A DNA stretch of 11,173 nt from Candidatus Bipolaricaulia bacterium (GTDB lineage: Bacteria > Bipolaricaulota > Bipolaricaulia > RBG-16-55-9). Positions within the stretch are counted from its first letter, which is position 1; each line of letters begins with the position of its first letter. Location: contig JBDGQO010000046.1 of NCBI GenBank assembly GCA_042219045.1, positions 1 through 11,173 on the forward strand, written 5' to 3'. This document shows, one piece after another, positions 1-6,757 of the stretch. Under the pieces are notes generated by a model that was not told the origin of the DNA, did no database searches, and worked only from the letters and a program-made list of their open reading frames with translations. Position numbers and translations under genes: made by a program.

Positions 1-875
1 TAGGTCCTGCACTGCGCCTCGATCGTCTCGCTCAAGGGCTCCCCGTAGCCCCCGCCCATGACGAGCGTCGTGGGCAACCCACGCTGCAGACAGGCCCTCA
101 GGACGTATTCATCCCGTCGGCGGATGCCCGCCAGCGTCAGGTCGAAGGTTCCCAACCGATCCGAGGCCAAGACGTCGGCGCCGGCCAGATAGACGACGAA
201 CTCGGGATCGGCCGCCTCGAACGCTTGGGGCAGATGGCGTTGCAGCGCCTCGAGAAAGGCCGCGTCGTCGATGCCTTCGGGCAGCGGGACGTCGAGGTCG
301 CTCGCGGCCTTGCGGAAGGGGAAGTTGGTCGCCCCGTGCATGGAGAAGGTATGGACGCTCGGGTCGCCGGCGAAAATGGCCGCCGTGCCGTCGCCCTGAT
401 GGACGTCGAGGTCGACAACGAGCGCTCGCTCGACGCGCCGATCGCGCTGCAGCACGCGCAGAGCAATCGCGACGTCGTTGAAGAGACAGTAGCCGCTGCC
501 CCAGTCGACATGGGCGTGGTGCGTGCCGCCTGCGAGATTGCCCGACAGGCCGTCGTCCAGAGCGGCCCGCGCGGCGTTGAGCGTGGCGCCCACCGACGCT
601 CGCGCCCGCTGGACGAGCGCCTCCGACCAGGGAAACCCGAGGCGACGCTCCGCCCGACGCCCGAGGGTGCCCTGGCGCAAGCGACGGACGTATTCACGGT
701 CGTGCACGAGGTGGAGATCGGCCCACGAGGCCGGCGCGGCGTCACGGATCTGATGGGCTCGGAGGATGCCCCGCTCGACGAGCGCGTCCCGCAGCCGACG
801 GTACTTGCGCATCGGAAAGCGATGTCCGTCGGGCAGCGGCACCTCGTGACGATCGCTCGTGAACGCCCGGCGCAT
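1..875 (-). CDS. Histone deacetylase / AcuC-family Zn-dependent deacetylase (3' end runs off the window)
   Basis: Not in the ORF track; translated by hand from ATG at 875: MRRAFTSDRHEVPLPDGHRFPMRKY...NLAGGTHHA...GYCLFNDVAIA...VVDLDVHQGDGT...FSMHG..NFP...YLAGAD...DRLG...VMGGGY. These are the HDAC-family catalytic and Zn-binding motifs. It starts 3 nt after the phosphorylase stop. Confidence 0.95.
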   Translation of the reverse strand, partial: MRRAFTSDRHEVPLPDGHRFPMRKYRRLRDALVERGILRAHQIRDAAPASWADLHLVHDREYVRRLRQGTLGRRAERRLGFPWSEALVQRARASVGATLNAARAALDDGLSGNLAGGTHHAHVDWGSGYCLFNDVAIALRVLQRDRRVERALVVDLDVHQGDGTAAIFAGDPSVHTFSMHGATNFPFRKAASDLDVPLPEGIDDAAFLEALQRHLPQAFEAADPEFVVYLAGADVLASDRLGTFDLTLAGIRRRDEYVLRACLQRGLPTTLVMGGGYGEPLSETIEAQCRT

Positions 876-878
876 GGG

Positions 879-3032
879 TCACTTGGGGCCCTTGGACGTT
901 TGGGCGGCGGGCACGTAGTACTGCCGGACGTAGTCCTTCAGCATGCGCCGCGTGTTGAACTGCGGCGCGACGCTCCGAATGCTCGCTTTCATTATCGCTG
1001 TCCAGCGTTCCGGGACGTCGCGCTCGTCCCGTTCGTAGAACGCCGGAATGAGGTCGTTTTCGAGGACGTGATAGAGCGCTTCGGCGTCTTGGGCGTCCTG
1101 TTCCTCGGGGCTCGCGGCATCGTCGTGACCGCCGATCGCCCAGCCGTTGGCGCCGTCGAAGCCCTCGGCCCACCAGCCATCCAGGACGCTGAAGTTGGGA
1201 ACCCCGTTGAGCGCGGCTTTCTGGCCGCTGGTGCCGCTGGCTTCGTTCGGGCGTCGCGGGGTGTTGAGCCACACGTCGACGCCGTGCACGAGCAAGTGGG
1301 CCAGGTGCATGTCGTAGTCCTCCACAAACGCGATCCGTCCGCCGAAGCTGGGATCCTGCGCGTATTGGGTGATCGTCTGGATAAGATGCTTCCCGGCGTC
1401 GTCGGCCGGGTGGGCCTTGCCGGCGAAGATAACCTGAACCGGCTTGTAGGGGTCGTTCAACAGCCGCTTGATCCGCTCCATGTCACGGAACAGCAGATCC
1501 GCCCGCTTGTACGTCGCAAAGCGCCGGGCGAACCCGATCGTCAGCGCGTCGGGATCGAGGAAGGACCCGGCCGTCAGGATCTGATCCAGCGATAGATCGC
1601 GGTGCAGCCAGCGACGGCGGGTGCGCTCCCGGAGCCGGCGTAACGTTTTGCGCTTCAACTGGCAATGGGCGTCCCATAGATCCTCGTCGGGCACGGCGTC
1701 AATGCCCCGCCAGAGCTCCGGATCGTCGTAGCGAGCGATCCAATCCGGGTCGAGGTGGCGCTGGAAGAGATCGTCCATTTCATGGGCCACCCACGTCGGC
1801 GTGTGAATCCCGTTGGTGACGTGGCCGATCGGGACGTCCTCAGCGGATCGATCCGGCCAGATGCGTTGCCACATGTTTCGGGAGACGTGCCCGTGGATCT
1901 CGCTGACGGCGTTGCGCGCGCCCGACAGCCGGAGCGCGAGCGCCGTCATGTTGAACATAGGGCCACCGTCGGCCTCCTCGGCCGAGCCGAGCTCGAGCAT
2001 GGGCGACGGATCGACCTCAAGCTCCTGCCACTGTCGCCGGAAGTATTTCTCAACTAAGTCGAACGGAAAGACGTCGTGGCCAGCCGGCACGGGCGTGTGC
2101 GTCGTGAAGATCGTCGAGGCGCGGACCTGGTCGCAAGCCTCCTCGAGCGCGTGCCCCGTGCGGAGGAGTTCGTGGAGCCGCTCGAAGCCGAGGAACGCGG
2201 AGTGACCCTCGTTCAGGTGCCAGACGGCAGGCTCCATGCCGAGCACACGCAGCAGTCGGACGCCGCCGAGCCCAAGAATGATCTCCTGTTGGATGCGGGT
2301 CTCCTGGTCTCCGCCGTAGAGCCGTGAGGTCAGTCGCCGATCCCACGGCGCGTTGCCCGCAACGTCGGCGTCCATGAGATAGAGCGGGGTCCGGCCGAGC
2401 GCCACATGCCAGACGCAGATCGCCACGTCGCGCTCCCCGAGCGGAACGTGGATCGTCAGCGGCTCGCCGTTGTCGTCATGGACGAGCTGGATGGGCGACC
2501 GATCGTGATCGAGGCGCGGATGGATTGCCTCCTGCCAGCCGGAGGACGGCACCCGTTGGCTGAAATAGCCTTCGTTGTAAAGGAACCCCGTCCCGACCAG
2601 CGGAAGGCCGAGGTCGCTGGCCTCCTTGCAATGGTCGCCCGCCAGCACGCCCAGCCCGCCGGAGTAAATGGGCAGGGCTGTGTGAATGCCGAATTCGGCG
2701 GAAAAGTAGGCGACCGGATGGTCCTTGTCGGCCAGCTCGGGGTAATGCTCGGGGAACCAGAGGGACTCGTCCCTCGCGCGATCGTAGGCCGCGACGGCCT
2801 CGTCGTACAGCACGAGATAATCCGGGTCGGCCGCAGCCGCCTCGAGGCGGTCAGGCGCGATCTGATGGAGCATGTCCACGGGATTGTGGGCGGTCGCTTG
2901 CCAGAGCGGATAGTCCAGCATCCGGAAGGCCCGTCGGATCGTCGGCTGCCAGCTCCACCAGAGGTTGCCCGCCAGATCGGCCAAGCGATGGAGTCGGTCC
3001 GGCAGGCGGGCGCGAATCGGGGCAGGGTCCAT
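879..3032 (-). CDS. glgP: Alpha-glucan (glycogen/starch/maltodextrin) phosphorylase, GT35
   Basis: Motifs NLWWSW, YFSAEFG, YSGGLGVLAGD, HLNEGH, FTTHTPVPAGHD, GFARRFATYKRA, GKAHPAD and the PLP-lysine motif EASGTSGQK. ATG 3032 follows GAGGTGA; GTG 3038 is the alternative start. Confidence 0.97.
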   Translation of the reverse strand: MDPAPIRARLPDRLHRLADLAGNLWWSWQPTIRRAFRMLDYPLWQATAHNPVDMLHQIAPDRLEAAAADPDYLVLYDEAVAAYDRARDESLWFPEHYPELADKDHPVAYFSAEFGIHTALPIYSGGLGVLAGDHCKEASDLGLPLVGTGFLYNEGYFSQRVPSSGWQEAIHPRLDHDRSPIQLVHDDNGEPLTIHVPLGERDVAICVWHVALGRTPLYLMDADVAGNAPWDRRLTSRLYGGDQETRIQQEIILGLGGVRLLRVLGMEPAVWHLNEGHSAFLGFERLHELLRTGHALEEACDQVRASTIFTTHTPVPAGHDVFPFDLVEKYFRRQWQELEVDPSPMLELGSAEEADGGPMFNMTALALRLSGARNAVSEIHGHVSRNMWQRIWPDRSAEDVPIGHVTNGIHTPTWVAHEMDDLFQRHLDPDWIARYDDPELWRGIDAVPDEDLWDAHCQLKRKTLRRLRERTRRRWLHRDLSLDQILTAGSFLDPDALTIGFARRFATYKRADLLFRDMERIKRLLNDPYKPVQVIFAGKAHPADDAGKHLIQTITQYAQDPSFGGRIAFVEDYDMHLAHLLVHGVDVWLNTPRRPNEASGTSGQKAALNGVPNFSVLDGWWAEGFDGANGWAIGGHDDAASPEEQDAQDAEALYHVLENDLIPAFYERDERDVPERWTAIMKASIRSVAPQFNTRRMLKDYVRQYYVPAAQTSKGPK

Positions 3033-3047
3033 GGTCACCTCAAGGCG

Positions 3048-3398
3048 TCAGTCTTCGGAGGAGGCGTTGTCGTCACGGGAGTTCGAGGGGCGATCACGTT
3101 CCGCTTCGTAGGCTCGGCGAGCCTCAGCCCACTTCTGGGCGGCTTCGTCTCGCTTGGATCTCACCGAGCCCTTGACCGAATCCGGGGCTTCCTCGTCGAA
3201 GGCCTTGCGGGCTTCGGCCCAGTTTTGGGCCGCTTCCTCGCGTTTGGATTTCGTGGATTCTTTGATTGAATCCGGGGCTTCCTCATCGAAAGCCCGGCGG
3301 GCTTCCGCCACGTTGCGGGCCATCTCCGGCAGCTTCCGTCCGCCGAAGATGAGCATTAAGGCGCCAAAGATGAGCAGAATTTCCAGAACGCCCGGCAC
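3048..3398 (-). CDS. tatA: TatA/TatB-family twin-arginine translocase subunit with a repeat-expanded C-terminus
   Basis: N-terminus GVLEILLIFGALMLIFGGRKLPEMAR fits the TatA pattern (E in the TM helix, FG hinge, KLPE amphipathic helix). GTG start with GAGGTG SD upstream. Confidence 0.75.
   Translation of the reverse strand: MPGVLEILLIFGALMLIFGGRKLPEMARNVAEARRAFDEEAPDSIKESTKSKREEAAQNWAEARKAFDEEAPDSVKGSVRSKRDEAAQKWAEARRAYEAERDRPSNSRDDNASSED
3099..3308 (-). repeat. In-frame 90-bp (30-aa) tandem repeat, about 2.3 copies
   Basis: AEARRAFDEEAPDSIKESTKSKREEAAQNW / AEARKAFDEEAPDSVKGSVRSKRDEAAQKW / AEARRAYEAE. Copies 1 and 2 share 23 of 30 aa. Confidence 0.95.
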
Positions 3399-3483
3399 CG
3401 CGACACCACCTCTTTCATTGATACTCTGACAGACCGCGACGCGGATATCAAGCGCGGTCGGCGCGCCCGTCGCAACGGGCCTC

Positions 3484-3513
3484 TTGACAATCCTGTGATA
3501 AAGCGCCTAGGCT
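3484..3513 (+). promoter_or_regulatory. Sigma70-type promoter
   Basis: TTGACA (3484-3489), 18 bp spacer, TAGGCT (3508-3513). Implies a TSS near 3520, about 310 nt upstream of the next clear CDS. Confidence 0.65.
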
Positions 3514-3515
3514 CC

Positions 3516-3710
3516 ATCGTCAGGGGTTTCGGCCGCAGTGCCGGTCGGCGCCATTAGGGGCTGCTAAGCGAAAATCCCGCCGGCAAGGCGATAGAACCGC
3601 ACGGGTAAAACCTTGACAGCCAACGGAGCTTGCTGTCCCGTTCGGTCAAGGGCACCGCGACCAAGCTGGGGTAGGAGGACGATCAATTGAGCTGGCCTCG
3701 ACCGTCGTCC
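3516..3710 (+). ncRNA. Unclassified structured RNA or long 5' leader
   Basis: Long-range stem 3525-3542 with 3651-3667; hairpin CTTGAC 3612-3617 / GTCAAG 3645-3650 with inner AACGG/CCGTT; hairpin GGACGAT 3677-3683 / GTCGTCC 3704-3710. Lies directly downstream of the promoter. Confidence 0.45.
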
Positions 3711-3829
3711 AGGTTTCAAATTGCGGTTGTCAATTATCTTATCCTATTGTACGGGAATTCCGTCGCGTGCAAGCCACGGATGGCGTGGACAGTCCCCACT
3801 GCCCCTGAGTACCCTCCGAGGTGATGGGC

Positions 3830-4711
3830 ATGCGACACCCGAATCTGTTCGTCTTTGACGTCGAGACGATTCCCGATACCGAGGCGACCGAGCGCTTGCT
3901 CGGCCTGGAGCACGGCGCCGTCGACGAGGGGACGCTGCGCGATCAGTTGGCGCAATATCACCTGGAGATCACCAACGGCCAGAACCCCTTCCCGCGCCAG
4001 CCGTTCCACCGGATCGTGGCCATCAGTTTTCTGACTGCCGAGATCCATCGCGACGAGGCGGAGAACGAGTCGTTCGTGTTGAGCGAGCTGCGCTCCGGCG
4101 GCCGCGAGGACGCGAGCGAGCGCGAGTTGATCCGTGGGTTTTTCCAGCATTTGGAGCGCATCAAGCCGCGGCTCGTGACGTTCAATGGGCGCGGGTTCGA
4201 CCTGCCGGTGCTGAAATACCGCGCGATGAAGCACGGCATCGCATCGGCATGGCTCCATCAAGCGGGCGACAAGTGGAACCATTATGGCCATCGCTACAGC
4301 CACGATTGGCATTGCGATCTGAGCGAGGTGCTGTCCGACTACGGGGCTTCGGCGCGGGTGCGTCTGGACGAGGTCTGTTCCGTCTTCGGGATTCCCGGCA
4401 AGATGGAGACGTCGGGCGGGGACGTCGCCGAGCTCTTTGACGCAGGCGACGTCACGGCCATTCGCGACTACTGCGAGCTGGACGCGCTCAACACCTATCT
4501 CGTCTACCTGCGCTACATGCTCCACACTGCGCGCATCACGCTGGCGGCCCACGACCAAGCGATCGACGACGTCCTGAGCTTGATCGAACGCGAGAAGGCC
4601 GAGCGTCCGCACTTGGGGACGTTCCAAGAGCATTGGGAAGCGGCCTGCAACGGTCAGTTCAAGGTTGGCCCGTCGCCGGACGATGCGGCGTCCGCGACGT
4701 CGTCCGAATAG
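3830..4711 (+). CDS. Stand-alone 3'-5' exonuclease related to the PolB exonuclease domain (DEDDy, DNA_pol_B_exo2-like)
   Basis: ExoI FVFDVETIPD, ExoII LVTFNGRGFDLPVL, ExoIII YCELD. ATG 3830 follows GAGGTG (3818-3823); GTG 3821 and ATG 3824 are alternative starts. Confidence 0.92.
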   Translation: MRHPNLFVFDVETIPDTEATERLLGLEHGAVDEGTLRDQLAQYHLEITNGQNPFPRQPFHRIVAISFLTAEIHRDEAENESFVLSELRSGGREDASERELIRGFFQHLERIKPRLVTFNGRGFDLPVLKYRAMKHGIASAWLHQAGDKWNHYGHRYSHDWHCDLSEVLSDYGASARVRLDEVCSVFGIPGKMETSGGDVAELFDAGDVTAIRDYCELDALNTYLVYLRYMLHTARITLAAHDQAIDDVLSLIEREKAERPHLGTFQEHWEAACNGQFKVGPSPDDAASATSSE

Positions 4712-4794
4712 CGCAGCGTCCTGAGCCCTGGGTGTCGCTTCGCCGAAGCTCGATCTGACGCGTCCACCAATCTGGTCTGTCAAGGAGGGGCATC

Positions 4795-5307
4795 ATGAAG
4801 CTGGGCATCCTGTCCGATATTCACGACCGCATTGACCACCTGGATCGCGCGCTGGCGACGCTGACCGAGGCCGGCGCCGAGCGATTGCTGTGCGCGGGCG
4901 ACCTCTGCGCGCCGTTCATCGTTCCCCAATTGGCTGAAGGTTTCTCAGCGGGGCCGATCGACGTCGTCCTGGGCAACAACGACGGCGACCCATTCCTTAT
5001 TGCCCAACAGGCGAGTCGATTCGATCACGTCAGCGTCCATGGCCCGTTTGCCGACCTGACCATCAATGAGCGCCGCGTGTTCCTGGTCCACTATCCAGAG
5101 CTGGCCTACCCCATCGCGGCCTCGGGCTGGTACGATCTCGTCTGCTTTGGGCACAATCACACCGCCGAGATCGATTGTGAGGATGTGACCGTGCTCGTCA
5201 ACCCGGGCGAGACAATGGGCCGCTTCGGCCGCGTCACGGTCGCCGTCTATGACACGTCATCCGCCGAAGCGACCCATCTAGAGGTTGAGGGGGTCGGGGG
5301 AGGCTAA
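4795..5307 (+). CDS. Metallophosphoesterase, YfcE/MJ0936 family
   Basis: SDIHD, AGDL, GNND, VH, FGHNH and NPGE motifs. Strong SD AAGGAGG upstream. Confidence 0.93.
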   Translation: MKLGILSDIHDRIDHLDRALATLTEAGAERLLCAGDLCAPFIVPQLAEGFSAGPIDVVLGNNDGDPFLIAQQASRFDHVSVHGPFADLTINERRVFLVHYPELAYPIAASGWYDLVCFGHNHTAEIDCEDVTVLVNPGETMGRFGRVTVAVYDTSSAEATHLEVEGVGGG

Positions 5308-5660
5308 AAGCTTATCACTTGATAATCGTCGGCGATGTAAGAGCGCAGGCTCGGATGTTGGGCGAAGTCATCCAGCAAACGGACGTCCAACTCTGCCAGT
5401 TCTTCCTCGACGCCGAACGCCTTGGCGCAGTAGTTGCAGGCGCCCGCGATCTTGTCGCTGACGTCGGTGTAGAGCTTGTGCGCGTCGTGCTCGGGGTTGG
5501 CGATCTCCGCGAGCCCTTTGGTGCCGCCGCCGTCGAAGACGAGCTGGACCTCGTCGTCGTGGTCCTGCAGTTCCTTGGCGGTCATGAAGGCGTTGACCAG
5601 CCGTCCGAGGCTCTCGTGCGTTTCCGCTTCGGCCAGGACGACAATTGCGACCTTCGGCAT
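5304..5660 (-). CDS. DsrE/DsrF-like small protein with CxxC
   Basis: KVAIVV...GRLVNAF...VQLVFDGGG...GACNYCAKAFGV...YQVISF fits the DsrE-like pattern. ATG 5660 has GGAG upstream (the ORF track starts at 5675). Its stop overlaps the stop of the convergent phosphoesterase. Confidence 0.8.
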   Translation of the reverse strand: MPKVAIVVLAEAETHESLGRLVNAFMTAKELQDHDDEVQLVFDGGGTKGLAEIANPEHDAHKLYTDVSDKIAGACNYCAKAFGVEEELAELDVRLLDDFAQHPSLRSYIADDYQVISF

Positions 5661-5732
5661 GGCGATCATCTCCATTTGTCGAGGTTCATCAAGCTGATCG
5701 ACCTCGAGCTTAATGCGGCAGGCGGCGTCTAT

Positions 5733-5750
5733 CTGTAAGCCGGCTTACAG
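5733..5750. promoter_or_regulatory. Perfect 18-bp palindrome, putative operator
   Basis: CTGTAAGCC|GGCTTACAG, between the divergent DsrE-like and yjjX genes. Confidence 0.55.
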
Positions 5751-5791
5751 GGCTTGACGCTCGTCGATACGTCCAGCCAACATGGAGCGTT

Positions 5792-6331
5792 ATGCGGATC
5801 CATGTGGGATCAAGCAACCGAGTGAAACGGGACGCGGTCCAGTTCGCGCTCCAGCGCCTCGACCCGGACACACACTGGGATGTGGGGCTTGTGGAGGCGG
5901 ACACGGACGTGCCCGAGCAGCCGTTGGAAGCTGAGGTGGCCCGAGGCGCTCGGGAGCGGGCCCGAGCCGCCACGGCGACTATGGATCCCCCAGACTACGG
6001 CGTCGGCGTCGAGGCGGGGCTCGTCTGGAATGAGGTCTTGGGCGTCTACTTCGACGTACAGTATGCCGTCATTCGGGATCAAGGTGGCCATGAGACCGCG
6101 GGCCACGGGCCGGGTTTCGTCTACCCGCCGGACGTCATTCGGGCCGTCATCCACGAGGGACGGACCGTCGGGGACGCTATGTCGAGCCTGACGGGCATCG
6201 ACGACATCGGCTCGCGCATGGGGGCAATCGGCTACCTTTCCTTGGGCCATGTGGACCGAACGGCGCTGACAGAGCAGGCGATCGTCATGGCATGGCTGCC
6301 TCGACTACGCCCGGACTACGATGCCGCTTAG
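5792..6331 (+). CDS. yjjX: Inosine/xanthosine triphosphatase (non-canonical purine NTPase, YjjX family)
   Basis: VGSSNRVK, VPEQP, GARERA, GVGVEAG, GHGPGF and MGAIGYLS..HVDR motifs. Confidence 0.9.
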   Translation: MRIHVGSSNRVKRDAVQFALQRLDPDTHWDVGLVEADTDVPEQPLEAEVARGARERARAATATMDPPDYGVGVEAGLVWNEVLGVYFDVQYAVIRDQGGHETAGHGPGFVYPPDVIRAVIHEGRTVGDAMSSLTGIDDIGSRMGAIGYLSLGHVDRTALTEQAIVMAWLPRLRPDYDAA

Positions 6332-6376
6332 CTTGGGAATTCATTCAGCGGAACCCGACGATATTGGCTGCGGACC

Positions 6377-6405
6377 TTGACGGGCGTGGTGTCGGGGTTT
6401 ATAAT
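6377..6405 (+). promoter_or_regulatory. Near-consensus sigma70 promoter of HU
   Basis: TTGACG (6377-6382), 17 bp spacer, TATAAT (6400-6405). Confidence 0.85.
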
Positions 6406-6442
6406 CCCCCATCACATTGGGGAAATAGGGGGTTCACTCCAC

Positions 6443-6724
6443 ATGACCAAGCAGGAGTTCATCGACAAGCTGGCCAAGAAGGCGGACCTATCCAAGAAGG
6501 ATGCCCGAAACGTTGTCGACAACGCGCTTGACCTGATCGTCGAACAAGTCAAGAAGAACAACAAGGTGACGTTGACCGGCTTCGGAACCTTTGAGGGTCG
6601 CAAGCAGAAAGCGACGCAGCGAATCAACCCTCAGACGGGGCGAAAAATGAACGTGCCGGCCAAGAACGTGCCCAAGTTCCGGCCGGGCAAGCAGTTCAAG
6701 GAGTCGCTCTCCAGCAAGAAGTGA
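6443..6724 (+). CDS. hup: HU-family nucleoid-associated DNA-binding protein (93 aa)
   Basis: MTKQEFIDKLA...VTLTGFGTFE...NPQTG...VPKFRPGKQFKE. The likely start is ATG 6443, because the ORF-track TTG at 6377 is the -35 box. Confidence 0.96.
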   Translation: MTKQEFIDKLAKKADLSKKDARNVVDNALDLIVEQVKKNNKVTLTGFGTFEGRKQKATQRINPQTGRKMNVPAKNVPKFRPGKQFKESLSSKK

Positions 6725-6757
6725 CGCACCTGGCAATCGAGGTGTCCAAGCCACCCG

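Noticed and set aside
137..745. 202-aa minus-strand ORF in the track
   Set aside because: Wrong frame (Arg/Ser/Pro-rich). The real gene is the HDAC frame from 875, which has no stop inside the window.
225..1595. 456-aa plus-strand ORF
   Set aside because: Antisense shadow of the HDAC and glgP genes, with no recognisable motifs. Long shadow ORFs are common in high-GC DNA.
2406..3269. 287-aa plus-strand ORF
   Set aside because: Antisense to glgP and the tatA-like gene.
3099..3308. Repeat considered as a CRISPR array
   Set aside because: The 90-bp units are contiguous, in frame, diverged at synonymous sites and have no spacers.
3615..3642. Possible H-type pseudoknot (GACAGC/GCTGTC plus AACGG/CCGTT)
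   Set aside because: Connecting loops of 1 and 0 nt are sterically implausible, so these were treated as alternative folds.
3728..3733. Minus-strand TTGACA
   Set aside because: No -10 hexamer at 16-18 bp.
3734..4783. 349-aa minus-strand ORF
   Set aside because: Antisense shadow of the exonuclease.
6377..6442. N-terminal extension of HU in the ORF track
   Set aside because: It overlaps the promoter boxes. HU homology starts at ATG 6443.
6726..6745. GCACCT...AGGTGT hairpin between convergent HU and methyltransferase
   Set aside because: Short stem and no U-tract, too weak to call a terminator.
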